Assembly: GCA_002269645.1 (NCBI GenBank)
Contig: NIVC01000906.1
Span: forward strand, 310,001 to 374,000
Source of the DNA: Macrostomum lignano
Lineage: Eukaryota
Length of the DNA stretch: 64,000 nucleotides
Direction: 5' to 3'
The notes beneath the pieces were generated by a model, which was not told where the DNA came from, searched no databases, and saw only the letters and a list, made by a program, of their open reading frames with translations. How positions within the stretch are numbered: position 1 is the stretch's first letter; every line of letters starts with the position of its first letter. Position numbers and translations under genes: made by a program. Positions 1 to 36,829 of this stretch are shown here, one piece after another.

Positions 1-998
1 CTGCCAACGATTTCATATGTAAAATTGAGTAAAGCAGGAAAATTCCAAGCAGTCTATAAAGTGTTGCTTTTAACAACTTTTGAGAACAATTTTCTCCGGT
101 TACATTGATGTATTGACAAGGTGGGAAGCCGTACAAAATATTGCCAGGTAGCTAATTAGAGCTTTCAATCAGGAACTGCAACAATAAGCTAAATAACAAG
201 CACTATAGAACAGTTTTCACAAATGACTTTCTACATCAATTGGCTGCACCGGAGACTTTAACGGGGCGTCCGCACCACATGCCAACAAAATGCATAATTT
301 ATCGTGGCTGGCTAAAAACAAAGAAAACTCTCGCCCCTGTGCCAACTTAGTCAAGGAGATTTTCAACAAAAATTCGGAGAGAGATTGTGGTGGCAATTTT
401 TTTACTGCTAGTTCGAATACTTTTGAAGACTTTCTAAGAAATGAGGCGAAGTGTCTCAGAACTGATTAGAGAAAAAATGATGTAGCTAAAAAAACGGACA
501 CTTTTGGAGAAGCGCTGCTCAATCCAGACTGTGCCTTTATAGGCCACCTCGGTTCACTCAAACAGTCTCTCGTAGCTTCTTTGCTAAATAAAATACGGCG
601 GTACTGCGCCGGCAGAAGAACAGAATTTGCGGGGCTCCACCGGCCCAGCCAGAGAGAGGCGAGAGCTGAGCGGGTTTTTCTTCTGGACCTGGGAGGGAAA
701 CAAAAACTTCCCAACAACGGTTGGCCCGACTAAGCCACATCTGCCCTCCTCTCAGACGCATCGTGCCTCATCTGCTAATAAGTTTTTTTTGGCCAGGTAC
801 GCCTGCGCCATAGCGAGAGAACAAACTCATGCTCACTCGATCGCGGATTGGACGACGAGGGTTTGAAGCGTTTGGCAGTTCGGGCAGAGACTGGGCTGCA
901 AGATTTATGGCTGGGACATTGTGCCCGCGGCCAGAGTTAAAACCAACCGACTTAGGCTCTGGCAAGCAAAGAATTGTACGCTCAAAAAATTGTTGACA

Positions 999-3900
999 AT
1001 GCTAGCTTCTGGTCTGCTGCTTGTGTTGCTGCTTCTAGGGGCTGGGTCGCTCGCCATCGGGCAGCTGGAAGACTGCCAGCGGTTCTTCCCGAGTAGCCAG
1101 TGCCAGTGCAGCTGGAAGTACGAATTTGGTCAGGGACATCTGGCTGCCGACTGCGGCTTCGCGCCCGGAGCTGCCGAGAGCCTGCGCCTGCTGCTTGGCT
1201 GCGCAGGCGGCGTGGCCGAAAACCTGGTGATCTCCCTGACTCGGATCGGACCGCAGGTGCTGAACCTGGTTGATCAGCTGCGCAGGATTCCCCGGCTGAA
1301 GTACCTGGATCTCAGCGACAATCGGATATCCAGCCTGCCAGCCGGTGCGTTTTCCTCACATGGCTTCCCCCAGCTCAAACACCTGGTGCTCGATTCGAAC
1401 AGGCTCGAATCTTTGGGACCGGGCAGCCTCGCACTGCAGGGACTCGAGCTGCTCAGCCTGGCGAGAAACCGCATCACGCGGATCTCCTCAGCCGCCTTCC
1501 ACGGCGTCAGGCTCAACAAGATCAACTTGACCAACAACTCCTTGGACTCACTGACCGCCTGGCCGCTGCTGATTCGGCGACAGAATTTCGACAAGCGACT
1601 CGTGCTGGTGCTGGACAACAACCGCATCGCCAATTTCAGCTTGGAAGGCGGCGATTTCGACTTCTTCACTGACGGCTGCGGCTCGAGGCTACAGCGGGTG
1701 TCACCTCGAGCCTGGTGGTCGCACTGCCACCTGTCGGAGATCAAACTGGAGATCAGCTTGTCGCAGAACCGAATCGTCAGCCTGACGGACCTCCTGGACG
1801 GTTGGGAAATCGATGGCGAGGTGATCAGACAGCTGGGCGAGCGGAGTGCTCTGGTGTTCTCAAATCTGGCTGGCAACCCGCTCAGCTGCGACTGCAGAGA
1901 CTACCGACTGTACAACTCGTCAGCGGGCAATGTCAGCAGCTTGCTTTTGAAGTACACGGTGCTGCCACCGTGTCACAGCCCCCCGAATCTACTTGGACGT
2001 ATAATCTACTCGGCCGGCTACCGGCTCGAGCTGGACCCGCGCTCGGATCTGGTCTGCACCGACCGGTGCGTCGGCAACAGGTGCGTCTGCTCAGTTGAGC
2101 CCTGGCGACGCGCGGTGAGCGTTGACTGCTCGGGGGCTCGGCTGGACCGGCTGCCGCACCGGCGTGAGCTTCCGCGCCTCGGCGATGGCTTCGCCTACCG
2201 GTTCAACTTCAGCGGTGGCCAGCTGCCCGCCAGCCTGCCGGGCATGCCCGACGTGTTTCGCAACGCTGAGTCGCTCGACTTGAGTGACACCGGACTCGAG
2301 GAGCTGCCGGTGAAATTTTTGAGCCGCCTGGAGCGTCTGGAACTGCTGGACTTGCAGGCGAGTGGCTGAGATTTTTGGCCCGAAATCCACGTACCCGCTG
2401 ACAAAGTCCAAGAATTTTAAATATCAAATCAGCTTCTTTATTTGCCCATCATTTTCAACAAATGAGCTTTGTATCCATATGCAATGTCACTCCCGGGTTT
2501 GTAGCCATATGCAATGTCACTCTTGGGTTTGTAGCCATATGCAATGTCACTCCCGGGATCGTAGCCATATGCAATGTCACTCCCGCGTTTGTAGCCATAT
2601 GCAATGTCACTCCTGGGGTTTGTAGCCATATGCAATGTCACTCCTGGGTTTGTAGCCATATGCAATGTCACTTCCGGGTTTGTACCATATGCAATGTCAC
2701 TCCTTGGTTTTTAGCCTTAGATTGTAGCCATATTGTTTAGCATGTTGCTAAGTTAAACAATGGCCGAAATTTGAGCCCGCATGGAACGAGAGTCTCCCGG
2801 CCATGGCACACATACGAGGGGCATCCCAAAAGTCCGTCCAGTCACCGAAAAAACGCAACAGTGCAACAGGAAAGTTTAAAAACTTAACCGTGAGCGGTTG
2901 AGCTCTTTACTCGTCGTTTATGGTAAAAACGGCACATACCGAACGGACTTCTGGGATGCCCCTCGTACTTTCACCCGGACACAATCGCAATCAGAACCTT
3001 ACTGAATCGAAAGCAAGCAACCCCGTCTGCTTTCAGAACAACCGCCTTGCCCGGCTCGATCCCCGGGTCGCCAGCCTGACGCATCTCTGGCGGCTTCGCG
3101 ACATCCGTCTCCATGGCAACCCGTGGCGTTGTGACTGCGCCGGCACGGCCTGGCTGCCGGACTGGCTCGCCAGCCGCGGCTCCGATGCCGACGCTCGCTG
3201 CGCTTCGCCACGTCGCCTGACTGGCCGGCAGCTGCGGCGCCTGTCGCCACGGGACCTCTGTCCGGACACTCCGCCGAAGTCCGCTTCTTCTTCGACTTCG
3301 TCGTCAATGTCGTCCGCCTCGGAGGCCTCGCGGCGTCGCCTGTTCATCGCCCGCCTGCTGGCCTGCGGCGTCGGGGCGTCGCTCCTGTTGGTGGCAGCCG
3401 CGGCGGCCGCGGCCGGCCTCCTGCTGCTGCTGGCTGCCTCCGTCCGGGTGCGCCTCTACGCCCGCTGGGGCTTCCACCCGCTGGACAGGGACGACTGTCC
3501 GGGCGAGGGCAAGCGCTGCGATGCCTGCCTGCTGTTCCACCCGACAGACGGCGACTGGGTGTCCGGCGAGCTGGCCTCCGAGCTGCTGCGCCGCGGGCAC
3601 TCGCTGTGCTGCCACCAGCGCGCCCGCTTGCCGGGCCTGCCGGCTTTCCCGACTGTCGCCGAGGTCGTCGCCACTAGTCGACGAGTTGTCGCCGTGGTGA
3701 CGCCGAGCTTCGCGGCCGACGCGGAGATGCGCGGGCTGTTCGCCGCGGCCGCCGACTGCCTAGGAGAGCCGCTCTCCCGCCGACGCCTCGTCTGCGTGGT
3801 GGCGGTGCCGCCGCAGCCGCCGACGCCCGCCAAACCGACATCGTTGTCCACGTCGATGCTGTCCCGCTGGCCGACCCTGCCAGGCGGTTCGGGCGCCGCC

Positions 3901-4371
3901 GCCGCGGTGGTGCTGCGGTTCGGACAGCGCGACTTCTGGGACCAGCTGTTCTACCGGATGCCGGTTCAGCGGCCGGCGTCGGCAGCGGCCAGATTTCGGT
4001 TCCGGCGGCGGCCTCCCAGCGGCCAGTCCGACTCCGCCGGTTTCTCTACGCCGGAGCAGGTGCCGCCAAGCTGGTTGGACGGCGGCAGCTGTGGCTGCCA
4101 GCGGCCTCACCATCATCAGCATCAGCAGCAACTGCTGCTCTCAGATCCCAGGAGAAACTCTCTCCGGACTCTGCAGAGTCTGCGCTCAGCCCAGTCTCAG
4201 CAGCAGCTGTTGTTGGCCAGTCAGCTGACCGCCACGGAGAGACCGATTTGGGCGACCATCGGCTACGAGCACCGACAGCAGCAGCGGCAGCGGCGACCGG
4301 CTTCTCCGGTGGAGCCTGAGGGGCCAGGAACAGGCCTGGAGGTTCTCGAGTGCAGCGAGGCGTCACTCTGA
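999..4371 (+). CDS. Toll-like receptor, multi-cysteine-cluster type (LRR-LRRCT-LRRNT-LRR-LRRCT-TM-TIR), ~897 aa; join(999..2357,3037..4371)
   Basis: Signal peptide [21 protein letters not shown]; LRRs ([22 protein letters not shown]); internal NPLSCDC and CVCS..VDCSG clusters; GNPWRCDC; hydrophobic TM; juxtamembrane [14 protein letters not shown]; TIR box1 CDACLLF, box2 HQRARLPG, box3 [10 protein letters not shown]. The phase-0 splice CAG|GCGAGT...TTTCAG|AAC rebuilds an intact LRR (LELLDLQNNRL). Confidence 0.88.
2468..2712. repeat. 30-bp minisatellite (~8 copies) in the TLR intron
   Basis: Unit GTTTGTAGCCATATGCAATGTCACTCCCGG. Confidence 0.9.
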
Positions 4372-4506
4372 TGCCGGCAATCCTGGCCTGCGTGCTCTGG
4401 GATCCGCCTGCAGTAACTCTCCCGTCTCTTCTTCCACCCTTTCCATCTCTTCCTCATGCGGCTGATTCTCTGCCTTCGTGTCTTCTCTGCAGGTCCTGGT
4501 ATCTCC

Positions 4507-5243
4507 CCCCTCTCCTGCTCCCCTCTCCTGCTCTCTCCTGCTCCCCTCTCCTGCTCCCCTCTCCTGCTCCCCTCTCCTGCTCCCCTCTCCTGCTCCCCTC
4601 TCCTGCTCCCCTCTCCTGCTCTCTCCTGCTCCCCTCTCCTGCTCTCTCCTGCTCCCCTCTCCTGCTCTCTCCTGCTCCCCTCTCCTACTCTCTCCTGCTC
4701 TCTCCTGCTCCCCTCTCCTGCTCTCTCCTGCTCCCCTCTCCTGCTCTCTCCTGCTCCCCTCTCCTACTCTCTCCTGCTCCCCTCTCCTGCTCCCCTCTCC
4801 TGCTCTCTCCTGCTCCCCTCTCCTGCTCCCCTCTCCTGCTCCCCTCTCCTGCTCTCTCCTGCTCCCCTCTCCTGCTCCCCTCTCCTGCTCTCTCCTGCTC
4901 CCCTCTCCTGCTCCCCTCTCCTGCTCTCTCCTGCTCCCCTCTCCTGCTCCCCTCTCCTGCTCCCCTCTCCTGCTCTCTCCTGCTCCCCTCTCCTGCTCCC
5001 CTCTCCTGCTCCCCTCTCCTGCTCCCCTCTCCTGCTCCCCTCTCCTGCTCCCCTCTCCTGCTCCCCTCTCCTGCTCCCCTCTCCTGCTCCCCTCTCCTGC
5101 TCCCCTCTCCTGCTCCCCTCTCCTGCTCCCCTCTCCTGCTCCCCTCTCCTGCTCCCCTCTCCTGCTCCCTCTCCTGCTCCCCTCTCCTGCTCCCCTCTCC
5201 TGCTCCCCTCTCCTGCTCCCCTCTCCTGCTCCCCTCTCCCCCT
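4507..5243. repeat. ~13-bp polypyrimidine minisatellite
   Basis: Unit CTCTCCTGCTCCC with 10-13 bp variants. Confidence 0.92.
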
Positions 5244-5742
5244 CTTCTGATCCCCCTCTCCCCAATCTCCTTCTCCCTCTCTTCAATCGGTATCTCCATG
5301 TCCCCATTTTCTCTGCTCTCTCACTCTCCCCCATCCCCCTCCCTCTCAGTGTCTGGATTCTCCCACAATCTCTCCCCAGTCTCTGTTTGTCTCCACCAGT
5401 CAATATTCGTTTCCTCTTTGCTTACGCTTTGCTGCTCTTTCCAATTCAAAATGCTTCAGTTTGCTGATTGCACAGCTAGCTAACAATCAAACGAACCCAT
5501 GTACAAATTATAGTAACAAAACCTTTTGAATGCAAAGCTATGAAGAAATGAAAAGTGTACAAGAGTTCATGGGTTCTGCTTTCGCTTCTTTTATTGGACA
5601 ATGATGAAATATTTCCTAATAATTTTTTATTTACAAATAAAATAAGCTGAACATTCGCTCAAGAGCTTTGTTGGCAATTAAATTAGTAGTGAGAGTTTTC
5701 TTACTTGTTATTTATTTGTTTTGTTCTTCACTCACTTATGTC

Positions 5743-6488
5743 GGATTAGCTACTGTCTAACAGGATTAGCTACTGTCTAACAGGATTAGCTACTGTCTAA
5801 AAGGATTAGCTACTGTTTAACAGGATTAGCTACCATCTAACAGGATTAGCTACTATCTAACAGGATTAGCTACTATCTAACAGGATTAGCTACTATCTAA
5901 CAGGATTAGCTACTATCTAACAGGATTAGCTACTGTCTAACAGGATTGGCTACTGTTTAACAGGATTAGCTACCATCTAACAGGATTAGCTACTATCTAA
6001 CAGGATTAGCTACCATCTAACAGGATTAGCTACCATCTAACAGGATTAGCTACTATCTAACTGGATTAGCTACCATCTGACAGGATTAGCTACCATCTAA
6101 CAGGATTAGCTACCATCTGACAGGATTAGCTACCATCTAACAGGATTAGCTACCATCTAACAGGATTAGCTACTATCTAACAGGATTAGCTACCATCTAA
6201 CAGGATTAGCTACTATCTAACAGGATTAGCTACCATCTAACAGGATTAGCTACCATCTAACAGGATTAGCTACCATCTAACAGGATTAGCTACTATCTAA
6301 CAGGATTAGCTACCATCTAACAGGATTAGCTACTATCTAACAGGATTAGCTACCATCTAACAGGATTAGCTACTATCTAACAGGATTAGCTACCATCTGA
6401 CAGGATTAGCTACTATCTAACAGGATTAGCTACCATCTAACAGGATTAGCTACTATCTAACAGGATTAGCTGCTGTCTAACAGGATTA
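5743..6488. repeat. 20-bp minisatellite (~37 copies)
   Basis: Unit CAGGATTAGCTACTATCTAA. Confidence 0.93.
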
Positions 6489-7164
6489 TTGAAACATCCA
6501 GGTTTTACTGCACGCCAACAAAAATTGGCCAGGATGTAACAAATTTCTGTCTTCGCTCAGCAGCTCAAACTAAGCATTCTGTTGCATGTTGGATAAAATT
6601 AACAATTCGATTCGCGAACCAGGGTTTGACAGGGATCGAGAATAGCCACTTTGATCAAATGCCCGTGACTAAAGATGGGGAAGATTCTGGGAGAAATGGA
6701 GAATAAGCAAGCGAGGGCAGTGTCAGGGAAAGCGGACAAATCAATTTCTTCGTTTCGCTCCTCCTCTCGGCCTCATTTTATTGGCAACGGAAACCATTTT
6801 TTTTACAGCCGACTTCCCGCCCTGCCTGCCCGCTGGTCGATGGGTTAAGTGGACCAAAAATCTGCCCAGGGGGTGGGGATGAGGATTGAGAAGCTGACTG
6901 CTTGTAGCGGATCATGGGCACTTATATTCACCAGAGTGAGAATATATAGATCAAGGATTTCTGGGAATACAGGAGTCGGGCATCATGCTGACGAAGTGGA
7001 CAGGTCAGGATTGAAAATTGACACCTGATGAGCTGAGATTGGAGTTGGGAGTGTGCGCGGCTCTCCGAGCGGATGAGTTACCCGATCTCATGGCTTATCT
7101 TGGGAAGGGGGGGGACTGCTCACGGAGTGCTTAATGGATCATGGGGGATTCTCTGGGGATCTCC

Positions 7165-7950
7165 GGATCTAATCTCAACTGGAATACAGCTAGATCTAGT
7201 CTCACTGGGATTGGTAGATCTACATGTAATCTAACTGAGATAGGTAAATCTAATCTCAATAGGATAAGTAGATCTAATCTCAATGAGATAAGTAGATCTA
7301 ATCTCAATGGGATAAGTAGATCATACTCGTATCTCAATGAGGTAAGTAGATCCAATCTCACTGAATTAGGTAGATCTAATCTAATTCCACTGGGATTGTT
7401 AGGCCTAATTTTAATGAGTTGGGTAGATCTAATCGCACTGAATAAAGATAGATCTAATCTCAATGAGCTAGGTAGATCTAATATTCCAATGAGAAAGGTA
7501 GATCTAATCTTAATAAGATAGGTAGATCTAATATGAAAGAGATGGTAGATCTAATCTCAATGATTTAGGTAGATCTAATCTCAATGATTTAGGTAGATCT
7601 AATCTCAATGATTTAGGTAGATCTAATCTCAATGATTTAGGTAGATCTAATCCCAACGATTTAGGTAGATTTAATCTCAATGATTTAGGTAGATCTAATC
7701 TCAATGATTTAGGTAGATCTAATCTCAATGATTTAGGTAGATCTAATCTCAATGATTTAGGTAGATCTAATCTCAATGATTTAGGTAGATCTAATCTCAA
7801 TGATTTAGGTAGATCTAATCTCAATGATTTAGGTAGATCTAACCTCAATGATTTAGGTAGATCTAATCTCAATGATTTAGGTAGATCTAATCTCAATGAT
7901 TTAGGTAGATCTAAACTCAATGAGAAGAAATAGGCAGATCTAATCTCACT
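7165..7950. repeat. 24-bp minisatellite
   Basis: Unit AGATCTAATCTCAATGATTTAGGT; homogeneous 7540-7920, degenerate on the left. Confidence 0.9.
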
Positions 7951-8416
7951 TAGATGGTTATAGTATTTAGGTTTACAGTAATCCAGTTGCAATCTATATA
8001 CAATGCTTTACACAGAGATAAACGACTCGCATATTTTCACACACGTCTGCCCAGCTGTCAATCACACTGTTAGGTGTGTGGTAGTTCGCGAAATCGTGTG
8101 TCCAGTTATCGTGACCCTGAACTGGCGTGATCTGCAGCTTGCTGGCTCCGCGGGGGACACGCGCTGTCACTGCAACTCCGCTAGTTAAAATCCAGCTCAT
8201 ACGGAATTAGCTGAGCAGCGGCCAAGTGGCACTGGAGTGGCGAGGAGGGCCTTGGTGAGATCATTCATTGATCACTTTTCACCTATTCTATTTTATTGCT
8301 TGTGCAACAATATTCGAATGGAAAGGCGGAATGCACAGCTGATCTGCTCGACTTTGAGCCTTCGCTTGCCAATGCGGGGGAAGAGGCAATGCAGCGTATC
8401 TAACTCTGTGTCCAAG

Positions 8417-8935
8417 GAGATTAGACCTACCAATTTTATTGAGATTAGATTTATTTCTTGTGAGATTGAACTTGCCTACCCCATTGAGATTATCTATCAA
8501 TTTCATTAAAATTAGATTTACCAATCTTATTGAGATTAGATCTGCCTATCCTTTTGAGAATAGATCTAACCAATCCCTGCATGTGAGATTAGATCTAACT
8601 AATCCCAGTGAGATAAGATCTAACCAGTCCCAGTAAGATTAGATTTAAATTTAAACAATCCCAGTGAAATTAGATCTAACCATTCCCAGTGAAGTTAGAT
8701 CTTACCAATCATAGTGAAATTAGATCTATAACCAATCCCAGTGAGAATAGATCTAACCAATATTAGTGAGATTGGGGCTAACCAATCTCAGTGAGAATAG
8801 ATCTACCAATCCCAGTGAGATTAGATCTAAATGTACCTATCCCAGTGAGATTAGATCTTACATGTACCTATCCCAATGAGATTAGATACAATTCTACTTT
8901 GCACCCACAAGCTAACCTAACTGATCTAATCCTAC
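8417..8935. repeat. Degenerate ~24-25-bp minisatellite, inverted relative of the 7165 array
   Basis: Core GAGATTAGATCT is the reverse complement of AGATCTAATCTC. Confidence 0.8.
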
Positions 8936-10039
8936 AATGTACATGCACCGCGGCCTCATACTGAGATCGCATCTATATTTACATCAAATCTCATTGAAAC
9001 TTGCAAGTTTACCCAGCAGTTCAGCCACTAGGATGAAAATGTACTTTTACATGCAAATAATTTGTCCCAATAAGCGCAGCAACAATGGACTGCACTGGAC
9101 TGACTGACAGGGCCAGTTTCCAGCCATCACTCGCGAAGCTAATGAGCTGAGGTCCGCTAGGACAGAGCACTGTAATCTCGGATTCGTCTGGTGCTTTTGT
9201 TGATGCCAAGATGGAACCAGCGTACAAGGTTAACTCGTAGAAAAGTTTCCGGCTCATCCAAATACAATTGCCAAGATACAGCAGCTGGTTTCATTACTGC
9301 CCTGTTGACAAGGCGATAAAAAGCTGGCGTTATTTCAATAAACTGTAATCATTTGCCGCACTTGCTACTGAGTTAAGCAGAATATATAACCGGGACAGAT
9401 AACGATATGTAGCGTAAATAACTTTACGAAGCAGGAAATGTAAGCCAGTTGATTTCATAATTTGATATTAACAAAAACAAAGAAAATGAATAAATAAAAG
9501 CAGTTGCCTTAAATTTCTATTTTCTAATATCTTTCTTGCTTATCCATTTTGTACATGAAAAATTCAGATTGCACTCTGAGCCATGGCCTGCTTTATTTAT
9601 AAGCGTGCGATTTCTCTATGCTTTAAATTACACTCGAAACAACAGTAGCATATAACGGGCATATTGTTCTGAATTTACAAAAAACCAAAAGAAAATAACT
9701 ACAATCGAACAGCGAATCAGTTATACTACTGGTTGCCAGGGGCCTTTAGAAAGCAAGCTAATGTAAAAATCATCACGAAAACAAGGTTTTAATGTCATTA
9801 TAGTTAATGCATTGATTTTATTGACCTGATTACACGTGTGACAGAATACAACAGTTAATACTGACCAATGTGACGACTTAGGTAGTAACAAGCGGCACTG
9901 CTACACAACCCGATGTAGCAGTTAAGTCTTAAGCAGCTGCTGTAAGCGATTCATGAGCTGGACAATTGCCAGCTGTGTCCAAGGCGGGAGAGGCGCCCTT
10001 CAAGCTGCATTAGGCGCATCCAAAATTTTATTACGCGTG

Positions 10040-10441
10040 CATAGGGTTCCATTAGGCGCCCAAAGGGTTTCATTAGGCCCTCGTAGGGTTTCATTAGGCA
10101 CTACCGTAATAGGGTTCCATCAGGCGCCCATATGGGTTACATTAGGCGCCAATAGGGTTCCATTAGGCGCTCATAGGATTCCATTAGGCGCTATTGGGGT
10201 TCCATTAGGTGCCCATAGGGTTACATTATGTTCCCATAGGGTTACATTATGTGCCCATAGGGTTACATTATGTGCCCATAGGGTTACATTATGTGCCCAT
10301 AGGGTTACATTAGGTGCCCATAGGGTTATATTAGGTGCCCATAGGGTTACATTAGGTGCCCATAGGGTTACATTAGGTGCCCATAGGGTTACATTAGGTG
10401 CCAATAGGGTTACATTAGGTGTCCATAGGATTCTATTAGGC
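10040..10441. repeat. 21-bp minisatellite
   Basis: Unit TTAGGTGCCCATAGGGTTACA. Confidence 0.9.
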
Positions 10442-10877
10442 GACCCGGCCACAGCCTTGGAAAAGTACACATGCATTATGTAAAATCAACAGTTTTGTCA
10501 TATTGTAAAAATATTAACCCAAAGCAAAGCATAAAAACATTCATTTTTTTTCATTCAATTGTTAAATTCTACACAGCAAAACAAAGTTGAAGAAAAACAG
10601 CAAACTTGTAGAAACATCTGATCAATTGAAAAAAAAATGAAAAATGAACAAATCTTTAAAAAATTCTTAAGAAAATATCGGCCAAGAATTCCAAGAAACA
10701 ATAACAAGATTTTTGGCGCGAGTTTAAAATTCTAAAAGACCAATTCTACAAAGCAAACGCGACAATACAAAGGACGAGACTTATATGAAAATTGTGAATA
10801 AGTGTGCTTCGTAAATTTGCATTTTGCGCCATACTAGTTTCCAGGCGCCTCTAGAATAGCTGGGGGCATCTCCGGCC

Positions 10878-35280
<24,403 letters not shown>

Positions 35281-36012
35281 TATATATTAATGATCTTCAA
35301 AGCCAGGGACAGTTGAAAATATTAATAAATACTTATATTGCTTTCTGTAAGACTGTCAGTACTTGTTGTTTTAGATTTCTGTTCTAATAATCTAGTTTAA
35401 GCTGTCAAATTGTCAATTGTACTTTACTAGGACAAGCAGACTGCTAAGATGTTAAAAGTAGAAGTGCAAAGGTCACGCAAAAGATGTATTGATTAATAAA
35501 CAGTTGTAGAAACAGGACGCAAGCAAGCAAGCACCACCCTACAATGGCTACATCAGTTGTCTTCGCAGTTGATGTACTGGCAAGAAGGAATTTTTGCAAT
35601 GTGATTAAAAACTTGTTTGAATTCCTTGAATTTTACATGAAGCAAGCATAGCAACACTATACAGCAAAAATGTATACAGTTAGTTTTGCAGCAGCAGTAG
35701 CTAATAGTCAATAACTTATACACTTTCGTCAGCTGTCAATCAGCGAACTGTGCATGTACTGGACAGAAAACGTTGGTAGGATAGTTTTGAGTTTCTAATA
35801 AAAACGATTTTTAATGTACATAAAATAATAAATCTTTTCTGTAAATAAACTTTCAAATGAATAAGATACTACCTTATATATGAATTAAACTTTGATTAAG
35901 AGAGAAATTAAAGAACACAGAGCCTTGATGCGAAAAAAGTTCAAAGTATTTGTTTTTCCTAAAACACCTAAACGAATCTTATTTGTGTATGTCGACATAA
36001 TTGTCATTAAAA

Positions 36013-36135
36013 GACCGTTTTTATCGGACACTATTGGCACAAGGACTTCTAGACTAAACTAAACTAGACTAGACTAGTCTAGAAGTCCTTCTAGTCTAGA
36101 AGTCCTTGTGCCAATAGTGTCCGATAAAAACGGTC
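36013..36135. repeat. Perfect 44-bp inverted repeat (hairpin) with 35-bp spacer
   Basis: 36013-36056 is the exact reverse complement of 36092-36135. Confidence 0.9.
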
Positions 36136-36373
36136 CGATAAAAACGGCAACTCCAAAAATTGAATATTTATAAATAATAAACGATTATATTTCATCCTAA
36201 TCAGCAGCAAAATCGGATGGCCGGATGCTTGTCCTCAATTCTGGGGATGATCAAGCACTCAAGAATGCATGTGTAAATCGCCCCAAGAATTAATTACCTA
36301 TGTTTAAATTAAGATTTTGAAGCTCAATTTACAAAAAATGTGTTCTTTTAGATTTTAGAGACTAGCTTACAAT

Positions 36374-36828
36374 CAGCGCGGTTTCGGAACATTTTTCAAA
36401 GTGGGGGGCTATTGGTGGGGGACACATTGTATTACATTTTTGTAATTTAAGGGCCACCCTAAACCTGCTTTTATGTCAGTTTGAGACATTTTGACAACCA
36501 GACCCAATATTCAATTCGGTGTTGGTAGTCTGAAAATGCTCTAATTTTGAACTGATCTAAACATTGCGCAACTGTACTGCACTAGCCATCAATTTATTTC
36601 GTAAATTTCATTAATTTTTTATTAAATTTTTTTTAAAAAGTAGATTAGTATATCCTGAATGAATGAAAATTCCAGGGGCAAAACCAATTAGTTAATTTTA
36701 TGAATCTCTTGGTTGCCTCCTTCAGTTCCTCTTGGCGCTGTGTGTTGTTCTTTTAGTTGATGGCATTTTAGTCATTTTGGTTGCAGCGCTAGCAGCGGTT
36801 TAAGTAATGGGATTGCGGCAGACTCGAA
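36374..36828. mobile_element. Truncated second copy of the left end of the 37174 hAT element
   Basis: Begins CAGCGCGGTTTCGGAAC and is co-linear with 37174-37580 (e.g. TTCAAAGTGGGGGGCTATTGGTGGG, TTCAGTTCCTCTTGGCGCTG). Confidence 0.6.
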
Positions 36829-36829
36829 A

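Noticed and set aside
1-152. Open minus-strand frame after an acceptor-like CTAATTAG, running off the window
   Set aside because: Only ~50 codons with no recognisable motif; cannot be supported without flanking sequence.
4350-5483. Several 200-380 aa ORFs on both strands (SPAPLSC / GEQERGA repeats)
   Set aside because: They are translations of a stop-free 13-bp minisatellite, with no coding signature.
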